From positions 165,448-229,447 of the forward strand of contig CAZUOM010000001.1 of assembly GCA_964621305.1 (NCBI GenBank): a stretch of 64,000 nucleotides of DNA, read 5' to 3'. The DNA comes from an uncultured Gammaproteobacteria bacterium. GTDB taxonomy: Bacteria > Patescibacteriota > Microgenomatia > UBA10105 > UBA927. The notes below the pieces were generated by a model, which saw only the letters and a program-made list of their open reading frames with translations, did not search any database and had not been told where the DNA came from. The position numbers were made by a program, and so were the translations under genes. Below, piece after piece: positions 21,101 through 33,100 of the stretch; position 1 is the stretch's first letter; the number at the start of each line of letters is the position of its first letter.

Positions 21101-24100
21101 AGCCTATGGCCATCGTGAGCCTCCCGGTTGGCTCCGTCATCAGATGCTTTGCATCGGTAATAAGCACCCGGCCGGTTGCCAGATCAACAAGCTGCATACT
21201 CCGCTTTCCCTTATAGTTAAGCGCTACGTAAGCAACATCTGCATAAGGATTTATCGCCTGGCTAACAGTAACATTTTTTAAGATTTCTCCCCTGGTATCG
21301 CTGGCAAGCCAGGAAGAAGGAATCTGAAGAGAAACAGACAGCGGTTTTTGGTCCGGCTTTTTCAGATTCACGATGCTCAGATTGGTTTCAGTTCTATGGT
21401 TACTATCTACTTCCAAATACGTCAGATATGTTGAGGTCGGAGAAAATGAAACATTTCCATAGATATTCTTGCTTGCGGCCGGGCCAGTGGTTGAAAATTC
21501 ACTCTCCGCCCAATATCTCTTTTCGTTTTCCGGCAGGAGGTGGATCACGGAGCCTATGATGTCCCATCCTGGCACTTTTACATACACCCATTGTTTATCC
21601 GGAGAATATTCGAAGACGAACCCCGGATCTGCCCGCGTAATTTCTGTCCAGCCAGCCGGAGCAACCCGGTAAAGGACTAGCGTGCCATCTTCAAACAAAA
21701 CTTCAGTATGATTGCCGGGCAAAAAATCAATCTTTTTAACCCTGGATTTCTGACCCAAAGTGTTGCCGGAGTTGTCGACCACTAAACGTCCGCTATAAAG
21801 ATCGATAAGCGTTCCTTCCGAAGTGAGGAAAGCATTGACTTTGGTACCCACTGGCGGCAGGGTATGGGTGACACCGGCAACTGCCTCTTTAGGCGGATCA
21901 ACTAGATACCGGTTGATTGCCGCCGAATCAATCTCTCCCTCGCTTCGGACAAAATCTGCAAGTGAGAGTGCAATGCTTGGTGATGTCGGTACTTTCTCGT
22001 AACTTGTCACTACTCGGGACGAGGTGACGATATTAATTCGCTCGATTAGTCCTGCCAACTCTTTCTCTTCCAGGTCGCTCTGTGATCGGGAAATCTTTTT
22101 ATCGATTATTTCAAGAAGTCGCCTCATACCCAACTCCGGCGGGATGACGACGACACGGTCTGTGATAATAATGGGCAGCCGGTCACGTTCCGGTACTGTC
22201 CACCAGTCTTCTTTAACCTTGCGCACATGGTCAAATGATGCATCTGTAAATGGAGCTACGACGATCTGCGCACCATTGGCTAGCTCAAGTCCGCGGATTG
22301 GTTTGGCTCCGAACTGTTTCACTAAACTCGTTGCCCCTTCCCAGGCAAAAATCTTGGGATGTAAAAATAGTGCGGTTTTCCCTGTAGGTATGGCTAGCTT
22401 GGTAAATTGTCCGTCATCGGGAACAACGATGTATCTATCGGCAAGACTGCCGATTATCGGCTCGATTGCCTTCATTGTTTTTGTTCTGATAGAGGCGACA
22501 GCAGCTATTGCCTCAGGATTACCGTGCTCAATGCCTTCCAGTCCGACGATCATGGTATTAATAATCGTAAGATACTCAGCTTTTTGCTCCGGTCCTATCT
22601 CCGGTCTTTGGGCATATTCAACTAATAGATTTACAAGATGCATGACACCCTGTTCAAATGCCGTTATCTCGCCTGGGTTATTCGACTGGGGAATATTGAC
22701 CAAATCCCTGGCTTCAGAAACTTCAAAAAGCCGGCCCAACTCAATCATGAGGCCGCCTGGCATCGTTGAGGACTCGGCAAGTGTCTCGGGTATTACAACC
22801 GTCTCGATGACTTCACCGTTTCTGGCAAAGGATACTGCATGAGGAAGTGTGTCATCGGAAACTATCATCATGCGGTCAAGTTCAGCTTCAATGTCAAGCG
22901 GCCCGGGAGTTTTCGTTCCGGTTTTGGAGACCATCATCCGCGTAAAAACGCCAGCGTCCATCCCTGTCCCGTTATCAACAGTTGTAGTCCCCTGCTCGTT
23001 TACGAATACAAATATATGCCGTTTATCAACTTCTTTCGGGTCCGGAAGTTTCCGTCCTGCGGGCACAATGATGCGTTTATGCTCATGACCATTGACCCGA
23101 TGAGTTCCAGCATCCCCTACCTGCGTCGTCAGCCGCACGCGCGTTTCAAAAGGGAAGCGTTCTCTCAGCCGCCTATCGATTTCTTCTTGTGTTATGAAGT
23201 TTTCCGGTGTCGTCTGTTTAACTAACGGAGTTGATAAACGAAGTGCAAAAATAGTTCCGTGCGTAAACGGCTGCCCGGATTCTTTCTCAAATGCAGTTAT
23301 CTGCGCTTGGGCTTTGTCTCTGAATTCCTCTTTTGAAATCTCTTTAGCCGGTGAAATAAAATACTGCCCGCTTGGAGCCCGAATGAACGATTGGACAAAA
23401 AATTTACCGCCGTTTGCCGTCAGCACGAAGAGGGTGTCTTTCCCGTTGGGCTCAAGCCACCCGAGATTTTGCTTAACTCCCTTGGAAAACTGTCCAATTA
23501 TTGCTTCAGGAACCAACGCATCTCTACTGTTGCTAACCGTTTCTGCAATCCCTTGCACTTTCTGACGACCGCTTTGAAACGATATGTCAACGTCGGTTAG
23601 TGGATCCTCAAATGTTCCCGCATTGACCAGGTTGATGATTTCCGGCGTAAACCCGGTACGGCTCAATGATTCAAAAATTGCTTGTGCAGCATCTTTGCCA
23701 GTCAAGTTTATCGATAGACCAAGCTGTGATAAAAGCGTTGTTAGGGTTTTCCCGTCAACTTGCCCGGAATGCAACCGCTGCACAGCCCAAACGTAGTGGT
23801 CGTAATCGATACCGCCAAATGTCTCCGTCTGGTAGGCAAACGCGGTTTTACTCGCCAAGACCTCCTCATGCGTCGGACCGTTATTGTTGAGCCGTAGGAT
23901 AGGTAGCTGTTCTTTCTCTTCTACAAGTGTTTCATCCGAGGCGCGCAGAAGATTCCAGATATCTGAGACAGCTCCAAATCCGCCAATTTGAGGGATTGCT
24001 GCCCGTGCGGCAAATCCGAATGAAAACACGTCCGCTTTGTACTCTTGCTCATGTCGAGCCATCCATACCTCTAGGGCCGAGATTTTTTCGTTATCTTCAT

Positions 24101-27100
24101 GATTTACTATGCCAAAACTTAGAGATTCGACTAATGTGATAATTGATTTGATTTCACGTACGACAGATATGTTCTCCTCCATGATTCTTTTCGACCTATC
24201 TTTTTTTTCATTCGCAAAGCGCTTTGATAATCGGCGTTCTAGCTCGTCTATTTCGTTTAGCGTTAGTTGAGTCAATTCGTCATCGTGTAAGGAACGGCTT
24301 GTTGCAAGCTGGACCAAAGGATCAAGTTTTGGGTTGATTCTGTATTCAGTACGTACAGTCGTATTGTGGGCCACAATACCGTTGGCGACGAAATTGTGGG
24401 TGCCTTCTACTTCGATATCAAAGACCTCTTTGCGGCCAACTTTTTCTATCGACACAACCGTGTCGTAAAACGCATGGCCTGCTCCGGCGACGGCTATCCT
24501 GTCTCCTACCCGAAGCTGGGAAACCCTGCACCATTGACCGCCCTTGACATGGTCCATGCGATTTGATAAGATGTATACGGTTTCTTCACCCCGCGCAAGC
24601 GGGGCTTTTTTGCCTCCTTTGTCAAGCCATACGCGTAATTTTTCGATAAACAGATGGGGAATTTTTCGGATTTCCCACGCGGCGTTTTGTTCAAAACACA
24701 TCATGGTGAAATTCTTTCCTTGCGATTTAATCTGTTTAGCTAGATTCACAAAATCGCTGTCTCCGCTTACTACCACAACATCCGTAACACTTGCCAGATA
24801 TGACTGGATATCCCAGGCCATCTCTACGTCAAAATTACATTTGTAGATGAAAGCGCCAGTTTTGGGATTGGTAATAATTTTCTTGAGCGGCTTTGTGACG
24901 ACGCGATATCCTTCGGTAGCGCGATCGGAAATGTAGGAGGCGGCCTGCGTTTTCAGTTTCCCCTCGGGCGTGCCAACGTAATAGCCCGCATAGACAATGT
25001 CGCCACTTGCGGAAAGAAGCCGTAAGAACTTTTTCCATGATACTCTCCAGCCTGCACGGCGCTGTGCATAAAATACATTTGCATCGTCAATGAAGACTGC
25101 AATTTTGCGCTTAACCGATGGCCTGCTTGTTTCCCTATAATACGGGTGAGTGCTCGTTGTCTCAATTTTACGGCCCAAAAGCGTAGAGAGTTTATATACA
25201 TCCTGCATCCCCTTTACCAGCAATTTGTTTACATAAGCAGGAACGAGGCAACCGGACCGCTCGTCCAATGTCAAAATTTCATCGCCCTCCTCGATCTCGT
25301 CGATCCGAACATCTTCCCAGCCTTCATCAAGACTATGGCCGGCAAGCCAGTCCTCATCAAGTCCTCCAACATTTCGGAGCATACCGCAAACCATCATTGA
25401 CAGAAGTCCCAATGTCGCCGTATCATCACCATCAGTGCCACATCTTGTATTTATCGCCAACCCATTCCGACTCTCCCCTGACCAGCTCCGATCGCTCTCA
25501 GGAATCTGCCAGGACATTGGCCAAGTTCTGTTCGCCGGATTCGTAGTGGCGCCCATTGCGGCCAAGGGTGCGGATGCAGCATTCCTTACATTGGGGTTGA
25601 CATCCTCCGTCGCCTTTTGGTACATTGAACTGGTCATTGTCAGGAAACTCGAAGTATGAATGTCGCCCAAATAAATACGATCTACCTCGTCTATATTCTG
25701 GCTGCACTGCTTGCTATCTTTTTCCTGCTGGCAGTTTATTTCTCGTTTAAGGATATCGACAGCAGGCGGGGTCATTCCTCCAAAACCTCTTCCCGATAAA
25801 ACGACATCGCCAAATCCGAAGGATTCGGCAATACTTCCAATTATGGCAATAACTCGACGAAGCAGAGACCACTGCGTTAAAAGGTCACGTGTTTTCCAAT
25901 CTCCGTCCCCTCCTCCTATTTTTACTTTTTGATCTTTGATTTTTGATTTTCTCCGCCGTCGGCGCAGAATAGTGTCCCCCGTCACGCACTCGGGCAGCCG
26001 GGCTTCCGGCACCGCGCCAGCCGGTGTTCGTGGCGTTACTGGTCTTGCTTGTTCTGCTTGTCTTGCTTGTTCTGCCACCTCGCCGGGGGCAAGCGGGATT
26101 TGTTGCTGGCCCGGTTTGAGAGCGAGCGGTTCGGCCGGCAAAACTTCATGAGCGATCTGCCGAGCAAGCTTCTCGACGCGCTGATCATACTTGCTATTCC
26201 AAACCGCTTCACCAAGGATGGCTATCTCCTCTTTGAGCGCATCTTGAATTGCTGCTTTTACAAAACCCACAGCGTAAGGAAAAGGATATCTCTTTGCATT
26301 TTGAGCTACTTCCTTCCACTCTCCGTAATAAAGGAAATTACCTTTGTCCGAAAGAACTCGTTCGATGTGCTGTTCCGCTTGAGAAATTGAGGCTTGTTGT
26401 TTACTAACAACAATTTCGTAAATCTGCTGTGCCCTCTCCCGTGCTGCCTCCTGTACCCGAGCCCGCTCGTCGGCCGTCAGTTTCGCGATTTTGTCAGCTA
26501 CGTCTTTTGACGTGAGTATTGCCCCCCGAATTGAATTCACGACCTCATTTTTATCAGATGTTTTTTTCAGTGCATTTTCCCCAACCTTTTTCCACTCATC
26601 ATTCAACCCAATATTGTCACCGCGTATCAGATCAAGGACTTCATTGAGTTTTCGGACCTGCTCCAAGCGCGTCCGAAGTTCGTTGATGCCATTTTGAATG
26701 CTCGCAAGATCCGCCTGATTCACGATTGGAACTGCGATGCCTAGTTCTTTTGCTTGATCGGAAAGATCATTGAATACTTTAACCGCGCGATCAGTATCTG
26801 ACTGTGCTTTTTCTGCTGGTTGGGCTGTAATTGATTCCGGCCCAGTAGGTGTGTCTGTGGTTGGGGTCACCGGTTCAAATAGGGCCTCGGGGAAAAGGGC
26901 CGGGTGGCCGGAACCGCCGCGACCGGCTAGGTTCCCCCAATAAACCAAACCACTCCCTAAAAGCTTAAACCAACTGTAATTAGCGACAATATACTTGAGT
27001 TGGGTGTGATTGGTTATGGGAATCTTGGTTCCCTCAATGGGATCGGCTTTCCCTAACCCCTGGGCTTGCGCAATCACATCCTCACCTCTATTGAGTACGG

Positions 27101-30100
27101 ATTTGTCGCCAAGCTTCCTCATGGCATAGACACCTACGTGGGTGCGAACGGCTGTTCCTTCTTTAAAAACAACCGGATTACCCCAGCGTAGTGGCGCTGG
27201 CGCACCAATAATCGGGAGCGGAATCTTAGATCTGATAGCTTCAACAATCCCCGGATTCGGATCAGGAATTCTTGGAATAACGGCGATTACATTGTCGCTT
27301 GCGTCTTTGGCAATCACTAGTCCATCCTCAAGCGCCAACTCCACGCTATGTACCTGGGATGCCTGAACATTGGCTTGGGCGGCAGAAGCAGATGGAGGAG
27401 CTGGTTGCGGCCTGACGTTTTGCCACACCCAATTGACTGACCTGGCAATATCGTATCCAAACGACCAGATGCCAAACTTAGGTAGCAAGAACCAACCGAT
27501 CGGAGATCGCGTAATGACAAACCGACTCGTTTCCGCCCAACCGGCGGGGCTAGTCGCATAGGTCCAGTTAAAGAGTCTGCCGCCACGGCCTAGCCCAAAA
27601 AACGCGGCATTGGTCCATTTGCCGATCGGCCCTCTAGCACCCATCCAACCAAATCTACCTGCGGTTTCCTTGGCCACGTCTATACCGTAAGCCGTACGCA
27701 ATTGGTCATCCGAAAGCGTGAAATTGAAAAACTTGCGGAAAGTAGGCCACTGTTGAACCTGCCCCCCTTGTTTGGTAGCCCGATAGGAAGCCGTAAGAAT
27801 CGTAAGGATTCGTTTGGACGAACTGTCTAACCGCCCTTCTCCAACAGCTGATTCAAGATCAATATCCGGATTTGCCAATAGCTCTCTTGCCACGGCAACC
27901 TCCTCGTTGACCACGGCATCAACAGCGCCTTCGGCAACCCTGTGTTTGGCCGCATTCCGGTAGGCATCCTTCCACTGATCGGCTTGCTTAACTATGTCGC
28001 TATCGGCCGATTCGTAAGCTGCGGCTATACCAGCCAAGAGAACCGCCTGGTCTTCTTCGGATCGTTCCTGCGCGCGCACTTGCTCCCAGCGGAAAATAAC
28101 CGCACTTGCCCTCTTTATGGCCTCCCGCCGGTCTTTGCCTGGTGAAGGGGCTGATGTATCTGTTCGAACTTCACCTTCTAAAGATTCTGGCTGAGAAAAA
28201 AGAAATCCAGTAAGCTGTAGAAATCGTTGATCATTGATATCTGAAAAATCTCGAAGATAGGTACCTATCCCCCTTTTACTCTCATAAAGATCCCGTGCTT
28301 TCTCCCACTGGCCCAATCTAGCAATCTGATATGCGTCAGCTTCTCCAATTACATCAACCAACTTGCCAAATCCATCGATAAAAGGTGTTTCGTATTGAAG
28401 AGTATGTAAACCGAGCTTTCTTGCAAACCAACGCACCGAAGCTTCCTCTAAACTAATTGGTTGCCCATACAGTCCATAACCGGATTTTCCCATACGAGCG
28501 CCATGGAAAGCCTCTTCAAACGCCGTTCTGGCAAAACCATCTGGATGCTCTACGTTAGAAACATTAATGATCGCCTGGCCCAATGACGGCTCGAAAAATC
28601 CATAGGCCGCCTCCAACCGAGCATCTATCTCTTTTACTGTATGACCACTTGCAACACTAATGGCCGTAAATCTAAACGATGGTAAACTTCCGTCAGCGAT
28701 CCCAAAAGTCTGTTCATAAGTACTTATTTTGTCATTGAGCTCTCCTATCTTTTCCTGTGATCCTGGTGGAAGTTGAGCTGCTGCATTTCTTGCTCTCACC
28801 AAAAACCGATACAGAGCTAAAAACAATTCCGGATCCTGCAGTATATCTTTGCCTAGCTGAAGACTTGGTAAATTGTTCTGCGTCAAGCGTGCATTTATCT
28901 CAATAAAAACAGCTACGTCGCCCGGAGTTAATTTCTCGTGTGGTTTCCACTGAGCAAATCGTTGTGCTAACTCCACCGCTTCTTGTTTAGAGGACTGCCG
29001 AAGTGTGTCGGGTATGTTTCTGTCAGAAAATTCAACATCAGCCTGACGAGCGAGGTCTGGACGAGCGGACGCAATGTTATCAAAGATCTCTAATGGCGAG
29101 GGCGTACTAGCAGGAACCTCCTGCGGCCCCAAGCGCACCGGCGTTTCCGCTCCTTGACGGACAATGGATGCGGCGATGTCAGATTGAGAAACTTTGCTAT
29201 TGATGATGGCGGTGCGATCATCGATGCGGACGGCATCCTGCAAGTTTTTGCCTCTTACTGCTTCCGGATTAAAGCTAAGCGAAGGGTTTTCTATTAATGC
29301 AATTTCTGTCCGCTTGCCGCTGTTGTAAATCCGATCATAATAGAACTCCTTGGCTCTATCGCTCAGCAGCCCAAACTCCGGTGTGTCTTTGAGTCCGTTG
29401 ATAAACTCCCGTGCCCGTGCCGCTGCCCGGTCAATAGTCGCTGCACCTGACTCTAGGCCATTACTCAAGCTGTCACTCCCGCCGGCTACACGGTCATAGA
29501 GGGATTTCCACTTTTGTGAGACATCTACCGGCTTGCCGTCTGCATCGAGTACAAACGATCGTGGTTTTCTCCGAAAAAGCCTGTCTACGAAGCTTTGTTC
29601 ATTGCTTTCAAGAACCAGCTGGTCAATCGTATTTTTTACCAGGTCGTCATACCCTTGGGCTAGTGAGTGAGTGAGTGCTTCTTGTCGAGTTCCCTGTCTG
29701 GGTCCCTGGTCTTTGGCAGCCAGGCCTTCGTTTTGGTCAAAAATCTTCTCTGCGTCAGCAAGCGTGTACGATGCATCCGCCTCACCCAACACATAGACTG
29801 TTGCGTCGCTGGCTATCTCCCGCGCCCGTCCGATGTCCTGGACCAGACCGTTCTTGGTGGTTTTATATTTACTCGCTATGATATACTGTGCGTCGCTAGA
29901 GGCAGACGATCGACCGCTTCTTGGTACGTCACCTTTTCGAAAAACTCCCGCAATATCTGTACCACGGCCGGAGCCCTGGGTATAGACGAGGATAAACCGC
30001 CTGTCACCGCGACTGCCTACCTCGTACTGCCGCAAAAACTCCTCGAGCGCCGTCCTGCCTTCTCTTCCAACGATGGAGTGATCCGGATTACCGTTTTTAT

Positions 30101-33100
30101 AGACACGTACTTTTTCACTTTCTGCAATCGTATTGTCGTTATTGATGATAATTACTTCAACGTCCTCTCCCATCTTCTTCCCTTCGTCTACGATTTTCCG
30201 CTCCAATATCCTTCTGTCTGTATCCACCGCATCGAGGATGACGCGAGCGGCTTCCCCTTTTTGCAATTCCTTCACGGCAATTTTTTCCGTGCTATCAATC
30301 TCCTTCCACGTAAAATCCCGAGTCCTGTTTATCTGGCCAAAAATCTGCTCCACAGAACTTCTGTCAGGCTGAAAGGCCTTCATCTCCATGCCCAGGCTCA
30401 ATCGCGCATCCAATACGACTCCATCTGGTGTGCCGGAAAATCCGTACACTCGCTGGGAATAATGGCCGCTAGCTATAATCTGCTTCCATGTGGTCGTCTC
30501 GCCTTGCTCAGAAACCGTAACGCGGGATGTCTGTTTTCCTGCATCTTCGTGAGAAATCGGCCGATTGTTTAACGCTTCCTGGATGCGATTGCCGACCGTA
30601 TCCAATGAAAGTGCCGCGTAGGCATCCTGGGGCCGTGTGTTCTGCAGCCGGCCCGTGCCGTCGCCATAGACCAAATCCGCACCCGGCGACGGCCTGCCGT
30701 AACTGTTCGACGGCCGGCCAACGTCGGCGATAATGGCGTTAACTACACTCAAACGTACGGACAAGTCTTGGACAAAGGGTCTCGGCGCATCCGGAGCATT
30801 CCGGTATACGTTAAGCTGAGCAATTATCTCCTCCGGTATGACGCGCCGATTTCCGTTTTCATAATGGGTGATATGTTTCTCCTGGGCCCAGGTCTCAAAT
30901 GCCGGATCCGACTGGGATTTTGTGCGATTGTATGACTGCTCCGCAGCTTTTAGAACCATTTTGAGACGCATTTCTTGCGCTTTATTGTCCGCTGACAGCC
31001 GCACCCCTCCCTGATCATCGATAAATAGTTTTGATCGCCCGCCTTGCTGCTTTTCAGTTATCCCTGCATCCACAAAATCCTTCACTTCTTGCGAGTGATA
31101 TATTTCTTCAAACGCCTTCACTATTTCCGGGTTTGAATCTACAACCAATATCTTTTTACCCCCGGAGGAAAACCGCGTGCTAGCCAAAATCATGTCAAAT
31201 TCGTCAATGAGGAGAATGGAATCTTTGGTTGCGGAGAGAAATGCTCGCGAGAGCTCATCGCTTGCGCGCGAGGCGTGGTGCTCGTAGGGCGTGTCTGCCG
31301 TTGCCGAATACACAACGTCACTAGAAGCCATGGCAGCTGCCCCTTCGCTTCCGCCTACGGTTTTCCGGTTCCCTTTACCATCAACATAGGTGACTTGGCG
31401 ATTCTGAATATCATAATAGACCGCCTTGACACCATTTCTTGCGTGCACTTCCGGCGGGTACTGGGCCATCATGCCCTGGACATCGGCAAACGTCGTAGCC
31501 ATGACATGGACTTTGGACCCGGTAAGTTTTGCTTTGACGTCGGCGATGGCGTTGAGGAGAAAAGCGGATTTGCCCAAGCCCGTCGATCCGTCATAAAGGA
31601 CTCCCGTGATGTCATCTTTGACCGATGCGTCAAACACCGCGTCGTAGAAAATGCCCGATTGGTCAGCGCGTTCTTCATTGGGACCGACCATTTTGCGTTG
31701 TTCCTGGTTTCCGGTTTTTCGGGATAGTTCGTCTGACCAGATCGTTTCTATCTCTCCGAGGAGCGCACTCACTTCTGTCAGCCGTGCTTTTGCTTCCGGC
31801 TTGGGCTCGTTTTTCCCATCAAGGGAAACAAGCTCAAGCTCTCCTGTGTCTTTGCGTTGAATACGGAACCCGTCGTCGCGAAGCTGTTTCGCCACTTCCC
31901 CTAGCCGGCCGGTTGTATCTGCCAGCTTTTGCCGGGCAGCTCCCTCGCCTCTATTGATTATGTTGTCTATCGTTTTTCCTAGTTTGATACGGATTGACTC
32001 ATCTGTTTGTTTTTTAGCTCGGTTATACAACTCGTCTGCTGCCTTCTCGTTGGATTTTGCCGACTCCAATGCCTTTTCCAGGTCCGCAGCCACTGGTTTG
32101 CCTTCGGATTTAAGAAGATCAATCCTGCGTTCCAGTATCTCCCGCGCTTCATGTGACGCAACCATCCTGGCTTTGGCATCGAGCGCGCTTTTTTTCAACG
32201 ACTGCCCGGACACTCCATCTCCAATGGCAACCGTTGCCGCCACCAGTGGGCCAGGGTTTCTCTTGGTTCCTATAAAAACCTCCGCCACTTTGCGACGCAG
32301 GCCGCCGCTTGCAGTAAATTCTTTCTCGAGAACGGCAATTTTTTTGTTGGCACTGTCCCAGTCGGCAGCAAGCTCTACCTGCTGATCCGCGCGTTTCGTA
32401 AATTCCTGCGCATCTTTTTCTGATCTATTTTCCTGCACAAGCTTCTGATAAGCTTCCTCTCTCTCCGCTTGATCTTTCTGCAACTGTTTAAGCTCATCCA
32501 TTACTTCCCGCTGGCTCTTTGTCCACTCGCGGCTCTCCAGTTTCTGCCGGGCGTCAGCCAAGCGCGTAAATGCCTCTTTGTAAGCCGTAGCGTCTGCGTC
32601 CGGTTTTTTTGCGATTTCTTCAAATGCCTTTCGTTTTGCTTCAAAGTCTTTATAGTCTGCGTTACCGCTTGCGCGGTCAACTGCCTGCCGGATAAAATTC
32701 CCGGGGCTAGTGCGGATGGCCGCCTCTTGCCTGACGGCAGCATCGGCGGCATAGAGCGCCGATCGGGCCGCATCAACTTTTTCTGGCGTAATCAGCGACT
32801 CTAGATTGTTAGATACCCTCAGGCTCCCGTCTTTTTCAAATAAACTATTCCAGCGTTTTGCTGCTTTATCAAATTCCCTCTCGACCCTCGTCCTGTTTTC
32901 CTCTTTTATGGAAAGCTCCCGCGCCATGGCATGGGCCTGGGCTTCTGCTTTGCCGGTATCGATGATGGCTGCGCGCAGACGCGTTTTTGCTTCTTGTAAC
33001 CGTTCTGGCAATTGCTCGGGCGCAGCCGTAAGAGCGTCTATATCTGCAAGTGCTTTTTCAAGCCCGACACGAGAACCGACTGTTTTCCCTCTCTCTCCTA

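Larger units (their letters stand above)
24363..25988 (-). other. intein (Hint domain, 542 aa) embedded in the giant protein, carrying a NYN/PIN-like nuclease domain
   Basis: Block A CVTGDTIL (Cys codon 25986-25988). Block B KIETTSTHPYY. Blocks F and G RVGDRIAV...EVFDIEVEGTHNFVANGIVAHN, followed by +1 Thr (HN codons 24363-24368). Coordinates were checked against the reverse-complement DNA. Confidence 0.7.

Noticed and set aside
22024-22842. Plus-strand ORFs inside 12153-38399 (e.g. 22024-22842, 29667-30572, 31275-31727, 34620-35186)
   Set aside because: They are antisense shadow ORFs of the giant minus-strand gene. Their products are low-complexity (Ser, Arg and Pro rich) and the minus frame is continuous and domain-rich.
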